46,556 bases of DNA from Actinomycetota bacterium (GCA_041166225.1 JBEEFT010000060.1:1-46556); one strand, 5' to 3'; positions 18,064 to 27,981 are shown, counted from the first letter of the stretch. A program made the numbers and translations. Notes: generated by a model from the letters alone, not told the origin.

Positions 18064-18788
18064 CAGCTAATCAGCGTACCTATCGCTTCACCGATCAGGG
18101 CGCGGCGCGTGTTGCCCTGCGTCATCACGTCGAACACGAGGATGGGCAAGCCGTTGTCTTTGCAGAACGTGATGGCGGTGAGGTCCATCGCCCGCAGGTC
18201 TTGATTGACGACGTCCATGAACGACACTTCAGCCAGTTTCAAAGCGTCGGGGTTCTGGCGGGGGTCCGACGTGTAGACGCCGTCGACGCCACCATGCGTG
18301 CCCTTGAGCAGCACCTCGGCTTCGATCTCGACGGCGCGCAGCGCCGCGGGCGTGTCCGTGGTGAAAAACGGGTTGCCCATCCCAGCAGCGAAGATCACGA
18401 TCCGGCCCTTCTCCAAGTGGCGGATCGCGCGACGGCGGATGTAGGGCTCGGCGATCTGGGCCATCTGAATCGCGGTCTGCACCCGGCACTCTTGGTTCTT
18501 GCGCTCGAGCGCGTCTTGCAGGGCGAGCCCGTTGATCACGGTGGCGAGCATGCCCATGTAGTCAGCTTGGGCTCGGTCCATCCCGACCCCGGCGCCAACC
18601 GCACCGCGCCAGATGTTGCCGCCACCGACGACGACAGCGATCTCGACGCCGAGCTCTTCACGCGCGTCGGCGAGCTCGCCTGCGATGCGATCAACGATTT
18701 CGCCGTCGATCGTGTCGACCGACGACGACGAGGCGAATGCCTCACCGGAGAGCTTGAGAACCACCCTTCCCCAACGTGGTTTCGCCAC
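18063..18788 (-). CDS. pyrH: UMP kinase
   Basis: VLKLSGEA, VGGGNIWRG, DYMGMLAT, GNPFFTTD; start at GTG 18788. Confidence 0.97.
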   Translation of the reverse strand: MAKPRWGRVVLKLSGEAFASSSSVDTIDGEIVDRIAGELADAREELGVEIAVVVGGGNIWRGAVGAGVGMDRAQADYMGMLATVINGLALQDALERKNQECRVQTAIQMAQIAEPYIRRRAIRHLEKGRIVIFAAGMGNPFFTTDTPAALRAVEIEAEVLLKGTHGGVDGVYTSDPRQNPDALKLAEVSFMDVVNQDLRAMDLTAITFCKDNGLPILVFDVMTQGNTRRALIGEAIGTLIS

Positions 18789-18795
18789 GAAGTCG

Positions 18796-19596
18796 CTACG
18801 CCTCGATGAGCAACTGCGAGAAGCTGACGATCTTCGCGTCGCCGAGTTGCTGGCCGACCGACTGCTTGGGCTCTTTGGCGAAAGGCTGCTCGAGCAACAC
18901 GCCGCCGGGCTGGCGCTTATGCCACCCGGTGAGCTTGCCCGACACGATCTTTTCGAGTGCGGCCTCGGGCTTGCCCTCGGCGATGGTTTCCTTCTCGAGC
19001 TGCGCCCGCTCGTTGGCAATGGCCTCGGGATCCACCTGGTCGACCGATACAACGGAGGGGCGGCTGAACGCTGCAGTGAGCGCGATGTCGTGGGCGAGTT
19101 CCTGGTTGCCACCGTCGAGTTCGATGAGGATGCCGTTCACACCCCGTCCGTTTTGCACGTGCAGGTAGGTGTCGAGCACATGACCGGCCGGCGCCTCCAC
19201 CCGCACAACCTGTCCGAGGTCGACGTTTTCTTTGAGGGTGACCTTCAGGTCGTCGATCGCGGACTGGAACTCGGCGGCGACCGCTTCACCCTTGTCGACA
19301 ACAGCTTGCGCAATGTCGTTGGCCAGGTTCACGAAGTCGGGCGACTTCGCAACGAAGTCGGTCTCGCAGCGAAGGTGCACCAACGCAGCCACGTTGTCTT
19401 GCCGGGCCAGTGCGATCGCTCCTTGCGAGTTGTCGCGGTCGGACCGCTCGGCCGCCTTGCCCAAGCCACGTTCACGCAGCCACAGCGCAGCGGCTTCGGG
19501 ATCGCCGTTGTTCTCTTCGAGGGCGCGCTTGGCGTCCATCATTCCTGCGCCGGTTAGTTGGCGAAGGCTTTGTACTTCCTTGGCGGAGATAGCCAT
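18796..19596 (-). CDS. tsf: Elongation factor Ts
   Basis: LRQLTGAGMMDAKRAL, CETDFVAK. Confidence 0.98.
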   Translation of the reverse strand: MAISAKEVQSLRQLTGAGMMDAKRALEENNGDPEAAALWLRERGLGKAAERSDRDNSQGAIALARQDNVAALVHLRCETDFVAKSPDFVNLANDIAQAVVDKGEAVAAEFQSAIDDLKVTLKENVDLGQVVRVEAPAGHVLDTYLHVQNGRGVNGILIELDGGNQELAHDIALTAAFSRPSVVSVDQVDPEAIANERAQLEKETIAEGKPEAALEKIVSGKLTGWHKRQPGGVLLEQPFAKEPKQSVGQQLGDAKIVSFSQLLIEA

Positions 19597-19629
19597 CGTT
19601 CGGTTGATCCTTGGTGTGGTCGGGCGGAA

Positions 19630-20640
19630 CTACGCGGAGGCCGGGTTGGGCCCGTTGTCGGCGACAACGTCAGACTCAGACTCCGTGGGTGCTGCCGGCG
19701 CGGCGGCATCGGTGACGGGTGCGGCGTCGGCTGGCGCGGCGACCGGCGTAACTGCTGCCGCGTCGGCGGCGCCGCCGTCGGTCGCGGTGCCACCGGACTG
19801 CGAGGCCAGACGGGCTTCGCGCTCCTGAGCTTGCAGGGCCGCTTGGCGGCGGGCCTCGGCCTGCTGCTGGGCGCGGCGAGCCTCTTCTTCTTCGCTGCGC
19901 TGAGTCTCGGCGGCGGCGGGACCGGCGGCCTCGGCGGCGAGGCGCGCCTTGCGGCTCGCGATGAAGCGGCCTTCGTCGACGGCTTCCGCGATTACGCGGC
20001 ACAAAAGGTTTCCGGCGCGAATGGCGTCGTCGTTACCGGGGATGACGTACTGGATCACGTCGGGGTCGCAGTTCGTGTCGACCACGGCGACGATCGGCAT
20101 CTTGAGCTTGTTGGCCTCGGTAACGGCCAGGTGCTCTTTCTTCGTGTCGATCACGAAGATCGCATCGGGCAGCCGGCTCAGCCCCCGGATCCCGCCCAGG
20201 TTGCGCTGGAGCTTCACGAGCTCACGGCGCAGGATGAGCGCTTCCTTCTTGGGCATGTTCTCAAAGTCGCCAGCCTCGAGCATGCGCTCGTAGTCCTGCA
20301 TTTTCTTGACCCGCTGGAGGATCGTCTGGAAGTTGGTGAGCATTCCGCCGAGCCAACGCTCGTTGATGTAAGGCATGCCGCATTCGGCCGCGTAACGGGC
20401 AACCGGGTCTTGCGTCTGCTTCTTGGTGCCGACGAAGAGGATCGTGCCGTTGTCGGCGACGAGATCACGGACGAACTCGTACGCGACCGCAGTGCGCTCG
20501 AGCGTCTGATTCAGGTCGATCAGATAAATGCCGTTGCGCTCACCGAGGATGAAACGCTTCATCTTCGGGTTCCAGCGCCGGGTCTGGTGACCGAAGTGAA
20601 CCCCGGCCTCCAGCAGTTGTTTCATGGTGACGACAGCCAC
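19630..20640 (-). CDS. rpsB: 30S ribosomal protein S2 with Ala-rich C-terminal tail
   Basis: [37 protein letters not shown]. Confidence 0.99.
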   Translation of the reverse strand: MAVVTMKQLLEAGVHFGHQTRRWNPKMKRFILGERNGIYLIDLNQTLERTAVAYEFVRDLVADNGTILFVGTKKQTQDPVARYAAECGMPYINERWLGGMLTNFQTILQRVKKMQDYERMLEAGDFENMPKKEALILRRELVKLQRNLGGIRGLSRLPDAIFVIDTKKEHLAVTEANKLKMPIVAVVDTNCDPDVIQYVIPGNDDAIRAGNLLCRVIAEAVDEGRFIASRKARLAAEAAGPAAAETQRSEEEEARRAQQQAEARRQAALQAQEREARLASQSGGTATDGGAADAAAVTPVAAPADAAPVTDAAAPAAPTESESDVVADNGPNPASA

Positions 20641-20762
20641 GTTTGTGAACTCCTAGCTCGGTTGAAGATCCACACGCGTCGCGCCAGCGTGAGCTGACGA
20701 CCGAATGTGCGCATGTGGCACGTGATGAATGCCCGACGGGTGCCGAGCGGGACACGATGTTA
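20641..20762 (-). promoter_or_regulatory. rpsB promoter (-10 TAACAT) and 5' leader, probable S2 autoregulatory leader
   Basis: TAACAT at 20757-20762; leader of about 110 nt with CACATGCG...CGCGTGTG pairing potential and an AGGAG SD. Confidence 0.5.
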
Positions 20763-20777
20763 GCGGCTTAGGCGCCG

Positions 20778-21980
20778 CTACCCCGCGTCGACGGCGTAGC
20801 CCACCACGTAATTCATCGCTGCGTCCCACGTCGTCACCACCAGCAAGCCTCCGGGCGCCATCGCGACGCCGTGCCCCGCTGCGGGGATTTTGAGCGAACG
20901 GGAACCGGAGGGTGAGCCGATTCGGGGACCACCGTCGTCGAGCGCAATCGCGACGAGTTCGGGGCCGAGGACCGCCGGTTCCCCGAACTCAGCGACGGCG
21001 TCGGCGCCGTGCACCTTCCACAACGGCGTGCCGTCGTGGGCGTTGAAGGCCTCGAGGCGGCCCCAGTGGTCGGGCACCAGCAGTTGATGGTCGGCCGTGA
21101 CGGTCGGCACCTGGAAGTACTCGGCTTGCTCGGCTCCGCGATGCCACAGGATCTCACCGGTGCCGGCGTCGACGGCAACGACTTCGCCGTCGGTCGCCAG
21201 CGCTGCGACCGCGCGATTGCCGTCTGTGTACAACACCGGCGACGACGTGCCGTAGGTGCCGATGTCGCCGCTCCACACCGTGTCGCCCGTTTGCGGGTTC
21301 AGCGCCCACCATTGACCCACGCCCACCACAACCACGACGTTGGCGCCCGCCGCCGGTTCTGCCGTAGTGGCGGTGGCCAACTGCACGGTCCAGCGCAAGG
21401 CCCCGTCGGCACGCCCGATCCCGTAGGCGCGGCCCGATTCGCTCGTAGCGACGACGGTGTCGCCAACCACAACCGGTTCATTGGCCCGCTCGTCGGCGCC
21501 ACCGTCGGCCGCAGTCGGCGACGTCCAGACCACAGCACCAGTGGTGCGATCAAGCGCGACGATCGCTCGCTTCGCGGCGACGAACACGCGGTCGCCTTCG
21601 AGGCGTGGCGCGTTTACCAGCGCGCCGCTTACGGGCGTGGTCCACTGCACGTCGCCGCCCAGCGACAGCGCGACCACCTCGGCTTCGCCGGCCGTCACGA
21701 CCACGCCGCGGGCGTCGGCCGCCGGCAGGCCGACGACGTCGACGGGCAATGCAACCCTCCATCGCTGTGCGAACCGCGGCGCTCGCGCCCGCGAGGTTGT
21801 GACCGACGCTGGCGTGTAGCCCCGGTAGGCGCGATCGAAGGCATCTTGCAGCGTGGGGGCGCGCCGCGACGGGTTGGCGTTGCCGGCATCTGTGGCGCGG
21901 GCGTGCGCAAACGCGACGCACGCAACCACAACGGCGAACGCGGCGCTGACGGTGAGGACACGGCGAAATTGGGTGTTCAT
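20778..21980 (-). CDS. Exported PQQ-like/BamB-type beta-propeller repeat protein
   Basis: N-terminal hydrophobic signal; repeated ALD..TG...W motifs (ALDRTTGAVVW, ALNPQTGDTVW, AVDAGTGEILW); AAGGAG SD. Confidence 0.85.
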   Translation of the reverse strand: MNTQFRRVLTVSAAFAVVVACVAFAHARATDAGNANPSRRAPTLQDAFDRAYRGYTPASVTTSRARAPRFAQRWRVALPVDVVGLPAADARGVVVTAGEAEVVALSLGGDVQWTTPVSGALVNAPRLEGDRVFVAAKRAIVALDRTTGAVVWTSPTAADGGADERANEPVVVGDTVVATSESGRAYGIGRADGALRWTVQLATATTAEPAAGANVVVVVGVGQWWALNPQTGDTVWSGDIGTYGTSSPVLYTDGNRAVAALATDGEVVAVDAGTGEILWHRGAEQAEYFQVPTVTADHQLLVPDHWGRLEAFNAHDGTPLWKVHGADAVAEFGEPAVLGPELVAIALDDGGPRIGSPSGSRSLKIPAAGHGVAMAPGGLLVVTTWDAAMNYVVGYAVDAG

Positions 21981-22003
21981 TCGGTACTCCTTGAGAGGGC
22001 CAT

Positions 22004-23674
22004 CTATGGCGCGGCACTTGTTCCGACTGCGGCGACGCCCGCGGTGTCTTCAGCCGTGGCGATGCCAAAGCCGGTGAGCGCGCGGTTGGCGACGGTGGTG
22101 ACGCTCTGGCACGTCGGCGGCGCGTCGTTCACCGCGAGCGCTACCTCCCGGTGCGCGGGTTGCGCCGTGGTGAGTGCCGAATGGCTCTCCCACGGCCACG
22201 ACCCGACGTCGACCAACACGTTGGTCGCGTCGCGCAGCCGCGCGCGCGGCGCGGGAACGACGATGTCGCGCGAGGCCGCGATGGACGTGTAGGCGACACC
22301 CGGGCGCAGCGGCCGTTTGTTGATGTCGTGGATGAACTGCGATGTTTCCGACAGCTGAGCCACACCCGGCCCGGTGAGGTCGAAGGGCTTGTGAACGCGG
22401 TGGGCGAGCGTGCGCACGGCGCGGCCGCCTTCGGTCCACCGCAGCCAGGCCAAGGCCGTGGCCGCGTCGGTGCCGTGGTTTGGCGTGCCGACCGTGACGA
22501 AGTGAGCAATCGTCGGCAATGTGTGGCCGGCCCCGTTGTAGGTGTCGGCGAGCGCCTCGCGTGCGATGAGGCCGCCCTGGCTATGGGCGATCAGGTCGAC
22601 CTGTGCTCCAGGGTGCTCCAGCGCAACCTGGTCGAGCAGATCCCGAAGATCTGCGGCGTCGGCACGCAGGTCGCGCACGGTGTCTTCAGGTGCGTAGGCC
22701 TGCGGGTGTCGACCACCCTTGTACGAGAAGTCGTAGACGTGGTCGGCCGCATACCCGAGGTCGCCGAATCGTCGGGACAGGTTGTCGTCGGCGTGAGGCC
22801 CGCCCGAATGCGACCCGAGGCCAGCGACGAAAACCGCGATGCGCTCAGGCGGCGCCGTGGGCGTTTCGTGGTCGGGCGGAGTGCACGCGTCGAGGAACGC
22901 GTCGACGACGTCGGCGAGCGCGGACGCGAGCGTCGCGAATGAACCCGCGAACTCGCCGAGGTTCACGATGTCGTCGAGGATCGTGACGAGGTGCTGCGCC
23001 ATGGCGCGCACCTCGGCTTCGCTGGCGTTCGCGGCGATGGCGGCGACGTCGGCGGCGGCTGCGAAGAGCGCGTCGGCGCCGCCCTGACCCGCGGACACTC
23101 CGGCGCGCGCCCAGCCGACCGCAGCTTTGCTGACCGCTCCGATGCGGTCGCCGACGATCGTCAACAGCGCCTTGTGATCGTCGTGGGCGCCGTCTTCGGT
23201 GAACTCACCGTCGGGCACGAGGTGAACTCGCGCCGGGCCGCTCTCGAGCAAAATGGCGGGATCGACGTACGCGTCGCCAATGCGAGCGCCGAAGTGGAAG
23301 CTGGAACCGGTAGTACCAACTGCGTCGCCCTGCGCAACGGACTGGCCGTTGCGCACCGCGATCGACCTCAGGAACGAATAACTCGTGCGGACCCCGTCGG
23401 CGTGGCGCACTACGACGTGGAGCGCGCCGCCGACCTGGCCGGCGAACGTGACGCGTCCCGAGGCTGAGGCGCGTACCGGCGACCCAGGCTGCGTCTCGTA
23501 TGTGAGCCCGCGATTGCCTGCGCCGTACGGGTTTGCCGGCGGCCGGAACGGGTCGGTGACGCGGCCAGTGACGGGTTGGGTGTAGGTGACCGCTGCGGCC
23601 ACGGCCGGGGGCGCGAACCCGGCGAGGACGGTGACGGCCAGCGCCGCCACCAGCACCGCATGAATGCGGCGCAC
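22004..23674 (-). CDS. Exported fusion: degenerate M23-like domain, helical linker and alpha/beta-hydrolase (lipase-like)
   Basis: PGSPVRASASGRVTFAGQVGG...FHFGAR...YVDP (M23 fold); AHSQGG elbow, GTPNHGT, DIVVP, ESH. Confidence 0.85.
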   Translation of the reverse strand: MRRIHAVLVAALAVTVLAGFAPPAVAAAVTYTQPVTGRVTDPFRPPANPYGAGNRGLTYETQPGSPVRASASGRVTFAGQVGGALHVVVRHADGVRTSYSFLRSIAVRNGQSVAQGDAVGTTGSSFHFGARIGDAYVDPAILLESGPARVHLVPDGEFTEDGAHDDHKALLTIVGDRIGAVSKAAVGWARAGVSAGQGGADALFAAAADVAAIAANASEAEVRAMAQHLVTILDDIVNLGEFAGSFATLASALADVVDAFLDACTPPDHETPTAPPERIAVFVAGLGSHSGGPHADDNLSRRFGDLGYAADHVYDFSYKGGRHPQAYAPEDTVRDLRADAADLRDLLDQVALEHPGAQVDLIAHSQGGLIAREALADTYNGAGHTLPTIAHFVTVGTPNHGTDAATALAWLRWTEGGRAVRTLAHRVHKPFDLTGPGVAQLSETSQFIHDINKRPLRPGVAYTSIAASRDIVVPAPRARLRDATNVLVDVGSWPWESHSALTTAQPAHREVALAVNDAPPTCQSVTTVANRALTGFGIATAEDTAGVAAVGTSAAP

Positions 23675-23785
23675 GGCATCTCCCTAGCGAATAAGCACCT
23701 AGCGGTGCTGTGAAACAGCCGAGGGGGAAGCGGCGAGACGAACATAGCGGCGAGGCCATGACAACGGAAGGGGCAAATCAGTGGC

Positions 23786-24919
23786 TCATTTGAGGCGGTT
23801 CCACCATCCGCCGCCGCCCGACGCAAGGCGGCCGACCTTGAGTTCCTCGAGGGCAACCGCAAGCCGACCCGGGGACAGGCCCGACGAGGTGATCAGCCGC
23901 TCCGTCGGTGTCGGCGCGAAGTCGAGCGCGTTAAGCACCGCGGTTGCGTCGGATGACAGCTCAGCTTCAAAGGGACGGAACAGTTGCAGCGTCTCGGCGC
24001 GGCCCGAGTTCAACCCGAGCGCCATCAAGACCTCGTCGGCGCCGAGCGCAGGCGCAACCCCGTCGACCAGCAGCCGATTGGTGCCCGCCGACGACGAACT
24101 CGTGATCGGCCCAGGCACGGCCATCACGGTGACATCGCGCTTGATTGCAGCCTCGACGGTGATCTGCGACCCGCCCGCAGCGCCCGACTCGACCACCACT
24201 ACGACCTCGGCAAGGCCCGCGATGATCCGGTTGCGTTCTGGGAATCGCCATGGCTCCGGAGCCATACCTAAGGCGGCCTCGCTCAGCAACAAGCCTTCGC
24301 CACCGACTCGAGACCACAGTTGCGCATGCCGCCGGGGGTACACGACGTCGAGCCCTGAGCCCACGACACCGACCGGCGCGCCGCCCGCGGCCAGAACTCC
24401 CTCGTGCGCGGCGCCGTCAATGCCAATGGCGAGGCCCGACACCACAGCCACACCCGCGGCGGTGAGATCAGCGCCGAGCTTTTTGGCCACGCTCCGGCCA
24501 TACGCGGTGGCACGCCGAGTGCCGACGATGCCAACACAGCGCCGGCAAAGCGCAGCGGGGTTTCCCCGCGCGAACAGCACGAGAGGCGGGTCGGGATCGT
24601 GGATGAGCGCGGACGGATAATGCGGGTGGTTTCGAAGCCAGACCTCCACCCCGGCGCGCCCGAGCCGTTCCTCAACCGCGTCGGGGTGCGTCCGTTTGAG
24701 CGCGGAACGCCACTCACCAGGGAGAGACTCGGGGAAGTCGGCGGGAAGCGGTTTGCGCAACGACGCGTCGTTGCGCGGATCGAGCAACCGCAAAAGCCCC
24801 TCGCGCATCGAGTGTCCGCCGACAATGGCGCGTAGCCGGGCCGGCCAACACCACGGCAACCCTGCGAGCGCCGCCGCGCACACCTCGTCTGAGGCTTCAG
24901 CCCAATCAACGGCGGTCAC
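23786..24919 (-). CDS. dprA: DNA-processing protein DprA
   Basis: IVGTRRATAYG, VVSGLAIGIDGAAH, FPERNRIIAGL; C-terminal winged-helix-like end. Confidence 0.96.
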   Translation of the reverse strand: MTAVDWAEASDEVCAAALAGLPWCWPARLRAIVGGHSMREGLLRLLDPRNDASLRKPLPADFPESLPGEWRSALKRTHPDAVEERLGRAGVEVWLRNHPHYPSALIHDPDPPLVLFARGNPAALCRRCVGIVGTRRATAYGRSVAKKLGADLTAAGVAVVSGLAIGIDGAAHEGVLAAGGAPVGVVGSGLDVVYPRRHAQLWSRVGGEGLLLSEAALGMAPEPWRFPERNRIIAGLAEVVVVVESGAAGGSQITVEAAIKRDVTVMAVPGPITSSSSAGTNRLLVDGVAPALGADEVLMALGLNSGRAETLQLFRPFEAELSSDATAVLNALDFAPTPTERLITSSGLSPGRLAVALEELKVGRLASGGGGWWNRLK

Positions 24920-26442
24920 CGGGCCACGCCCTGCAACGCGTCGAACTCGGCCCGTAGCTCGAGCGCGGTTGCGACGTCTTCCTCGTTGAGCGCGCCGTCG
25001 CGCCCGGCCAGATCGGCGAGGGTACGTGCGACCCGGCGGACGCGGGCGTAGCCGCGGGCGCTCAATGTTCCGGCGCGCAGCCTCAACTCGACGAGCCGGG
25101 TCGCGCCGGCATTCATCGGCGCGAACCGGGCCAACTGCCGATCGGTCAGAGCCGAATTGGTTCCGCCGCTGCGCGCGTGTGACAGCGCGCGCACCGCCGC
25201 CACTCGCGCTGCGACCACGGCCGTGGACTCACCGTCGGCTCCACTGACGAGGTCGGTGGCATCGGGCCGGTGTACCGGCAGGCGCAGGTCGAAGCGGTCG
25301 AGCAACGGGCCAGACAGCCGACGCTCGTACCGGGAGCGGGCGTAGTCGGTGCACCGGCACGAACCAGGCGGACCGCCGTCGCCGCAAGGGCACGGGTTCA
25401 TCGCCGCGACGAGCAGGAACCGGGCCGGGAAGGTGACCGACGCCGCAGCGCGGGTTACGCGGATCACGCCCTCTTCTAAGGGTTGGCGCAGCGCTTCGAG
25501 CACGGGCGTGGCGAACTCGGCCAGCTCGTCGAGGAACAACACCCCGTTCGTTGCGCACGAAATCTCACCCGGGCGCAACCGTGCGCCTCCCCCACCGACC
25601 AAGCCCACGATCGACGCGTTGTGGTGAGGCGCCCGCCACGGCGGCCGGGTGACGAGCCCCGACGGCGGCAGCACGAGGCCGGCGGCCGAATGAGCCCGCG
25701 TGGTTTCGAGCGCGTGCTCGCTCGACAGCGCAGGCAACAAACCCGCGAGACGCCGGGCCAGCATCGTTTTGCCCGATCCGGGCGGACCCAGCATTAACAG
25801 GTGGTGACCGCCAGCGGCCGCGACTTCGACCGCGAAGCGCCCGAGGTGTTGGCCGTGAATGTCTGCCATGTCGGGCGAAGTGGCTACGTCGGCGTCGACG
25901 TCGGCGTCGGGGACCGGCGTGGGCGGCTCGGGCCAGGGCTCGTCACCCCGCAACGCATCGACGATCTGCCGGAGGTAGTCGGCGCAACGGATGTGGCGGT
26001 TGCCTATGACTGTGGCCTCGGCGAACGAAGCGCCCGGCACCACGACCACATCGGCGTCGATCGCCGGCACCATGCACAGCACCCCGGGCACAGCGCGCAC
26101 TCGCCCGTCGAGACCGAGCTCGCCGACGAGACCGACACCGTCGAGCGCGTCGAGCGGAACATCGCCCGCCGCCGCGAGAACGCCCAGCGCGATGGGCAGG
26201 TCGAGGCCCGCTCCAGTTTTCTTCAGCCCCGACGGCGCGAGGTTGACGGTGATGCGCCTTTGGGGCCATTTGAGCCCGCTCGACAACACCGCGGCGCGCA
26301 CGCGGTCGCGCGACTCGCGGCAAGCGGTGTCGGGCAGGCCCACGACCGTGAAGCCGGGAAGGCCCTGTGAAACATGCACCTCGACGCGGACGGGCAACCC
26401 GTCCACGCCCAGCAGCGTTGCCGACGGAATAGCAGCGAGCAC
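24916..26442 (-). CDS. comM: ComM/YifB Mg-chelatase-like AAA+ helicase
   Basis: VGLPDTACRESRDRVRAA, GPPGSGKT, LFLDELAEF, AAMNPCPCG, SGPLLDRFD; GTG 26442 follows GAGGAGG. Confidence 0.95.
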   Translation of the reverse strand: MLAAIPSATLLGVDGLPVRVEVHVSQGLPGFTVVGLPDTACRESRDRVRAAVLSSGLKWPQRRITVNLAPSGLKKTGAGLDLPIALGVLAAAGDVPLDALDGVGLVGELGLDGRVRAVPGVLCMVPAIDADVVVVPGASFAEATVIGNRHIRCADYLRQIVDALRGDEPWPEPPTPVPDADVDADVATSPDMADIHGQHLGRFAVEVAAAGGHHLLMLGPPGSGKTMLARRLAGLLPALSSEHALETTRAHSAAGLVLPPSGLVTRPPWRAPHHNASIVGLVGGGGARLRPGEISCATNGVLFLDELAEFATPVLEALRQPLEEGVIRVTRAAASVTFPARFLLVAAMNPCPCGDGGPPGSCRCTDYARSRYERRLSGPLLDRFDLRLPVHRPDATDLVSGADGESTAVVAARVAAVRALSHARSGGTNSALTDRQLARFAPMNAGATRLVELRLRAGTLSARGYARVRRVARTLADLAGRDGALNEEDVATALELRAEFDALQGVAR

Positions 26443-26445
26443 AAC

Positions 26446-26477
26446 GGCCTCCTCGAACTCCAACGTGAGAGGAGGCC
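26446..26477 (-). promoter_or_regulatory. Hairpin covering the comM Shine-Dalgarno
   Basis: GGCCTCCTC-N14-GAGGAGGCC, ending 3 nt before the GTG. Confidence 0.55.
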
Positions 26478-26550
26478 CGCAGCGTTACCGGCGGCGCCGG
26501 GCCAGCAAGGGCGCCACAGCCAACAGTAACGGCGGGGTGTTACAGGGTGG

Positions 26551-27321
26551 TCAGTGCCCGGTGAAGGTCGGTGTCGTCTTCGTGACGAAGGCGCGCATCG
26601 CCTCGGTCGTGTCCTTGGTAGCGAAGTTGACGCTCTGGGTGCGCGCTTCGTCTTCGAGGGCCTGGTCCATCGACACCATCAGCGCGTTGTTCAACAGCGT
26701 CTTGGTCATCGACACCGCTATCGGTGGCATCGCCACCAGCCGTGCAGACCACTCGTCGACGAACTCGTCGAGTTGGGCGTCGGGAACGACGCGGTTGACG
26801 AGACCGAGCCGTTCCGCTTCTGCGGCAGAAATCACGTCGGCGAAGAACGCCAGTTCTTTCGCTTTGTGCAGCCCGATGAGACGAGGCAGCAGCCACGATC
26901 CCCCACCGTCGAGCGACAACCCGCGCTTGGCGAAAATCTCGGAGAATCGCGCCGACTCACCCGCCACGATCAGGTCGCACCCCAATGCCATGTTGCACCC
27001 GACGCCCGCCGCCACACCCGGCACTTTGGCGATCGTCGGCTTCGGCATGCGGTGCAACGTGAGGATCACGTCGGCGACGTGGCGCATCGACGCCAAGGTT
27101 CCGCGGCCGCCTTCGTTGATCGCACTGAGGTCGGCGCCGGAACAAAATTCACCCGCGGCACCGGTTAGCACGAGCACGCGATCGTCCGCGCTGTCGTAGA
27201 CCGCACGAAAGGTCTCGAGCAGCTCGTCCCACATCAGCTCGTTCACGGCGTTCTTCTTCTCGGGACGATTCATCGTGACCGTTACGACGCCGTCGGCGCG
27301 GCTGACTGCGATGGTCTCCAT
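26551..27321 (-). CDS. Enoyl-CoA hydratase/isomerase (crotonase family)
   Basis: NRPEKKNA, FCSGADL, AAGVGCNMALGCDL, GLVNRVVP. Confidence 0.92.
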   Translation of the reverse strand: METIAVSRADGVVTVTMNRPEKKNAVNELMWDELLETFRAVYDSADDRVLVLTGAAGEFCSGADLSAINEGGRGTLASMRHVADVILTLHRMPKPTIAKVPGVAAGVGCNMALGCDLIVAGESARFSEIFAKRGLSLDGGGSWLLPRLIGLHKAKELAFFADVISAAEAERLGLVNRVVPDAQLDEFVDEWSARLVAMPPIAVSMTKTLLNNALMVSMDQALEDEARTQSVNFATKDTTEAMRAFVTKTTPTFTGH

Positions 27322-27343
27322 GACCGCGCACGATACTGGGGAC
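27322..27343. promoter_or_regulatory. Probable bidirectional promoter with overlapping -10 boxes
   Basis: TATCGT (-) lies 8 nt before ATG 27321 and GATACT (+) 6 nt before GTG 27344; the hexamers overlap. Confidence 0.45.
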
Positions 27344-27457
27344 GTGGGATTCAACCCCTTACGACAACAGAAGCGCCGCTCGTCGGATTATCTGATGATC
27401 GTCGCCGTCGTCGTCGTGATCGCCGTGTTGGTGGCATGGGCCGCGAACCTGCTGTAG
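27344..27457 (+). CDS. Small single-pass membrane protein (37 aa)
   Basis: MGFNPLRQQKRRSSDYLMIVAVVVVIAVLVAWAANLL: basic N-terminus plus TM helix; fills an otherwise empty gap. Confidence 0.6.
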   Translation: MGFNPLRQQKRRSSDYLMIVAVVVVIAVLVAWAANLL

Positions 27458-27675
27458 GCGACGCCGACGACAACCTCGAAGTCGCGCTCGTTCACCCCTT
27501 CCAAGCCCGCAAGGCGTACCTGTGCCCGGGCTGCCTGAAGGAGATCGGCGTCGGCGTCGGTCACTACGTCGTGGTGCCCCTCGACGCGCCGGACGACCGG
27601 CGCCATTGGCACAAGAGCTGCTGGCAGCATCGTCTTAGAAGGCGGCCTGGATCACCGAAACGTTGTTCCCGATAA
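27436..27675 (+). CDS. Small putative Zn-binding protein (CPGC...H...HWHxxC)
   Basis: YLCPGC, GHYVV, RRHWHKSCW resemble a small uncharacterised actinobacterial family. Confidence 0.72.
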   Translation: MGREPAVGDADDNLEVALVHPFQARKAYLCPGCLKEIGVGVGHYVVVPLDAPDDRRHWHKSCWQHRLRRRPGSPKRCSR

Positions 27676-27979
27676 TCGAGACCACGTCGAAGCGGACCTC
27701 CTCGAAGTACTCCGAGGAGCCCGACAGCCACGTGGATGCCAGCGCCCGCAGCTTGCGCTGCTTGGCGACCCCTACGGCTTCGAAGGGCGAGCCGAACCGC
27801 TCGGTCATGCGGGTTTTGACTTCCGCGATCACGAGCTCATTGCCGCGCCGCACGACGAGGTCGAGCTCACCGATGTCGCATGTCCAGTTCCGCGCCACAA
27901 CCTGGTAGCCGTTCGCCCGGTACCACTGCGCCGCCAGCCGCTCACCTCGCGCGCCGAGCGCGATGCCGCCGTAACTCAC
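27635..27979 (-). CDS. yraN: YraN family PD-(D/E)xK nuclease
   Basis: LGARGERLA, GELDLV, AEVKTR, RFDVVSI; start at GTG 27979. Confidence 0.93.
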   Translation of the reverse strand: MSYGGIALGARGERLAAQWYRANGYQVVARNWTCDIGELDLVVRRGNELVIAEVKTRMTERFGSPFEAVGVAKQRKLRALASTWLSGSSEYFEEVRFDVVSIIGNNVSVIQAAF

Positions 27980-27981
27980 TT

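Noticed and set aside
23675-23785. Possible riboswitch (e.g. c-di-AMP) before the M23 fusion
   Set aside because: Only a short AGCACC/GGTGCT hairpin and an SD are visible; I could not match a riboswitch consensus. An Rfam scan would settle it.
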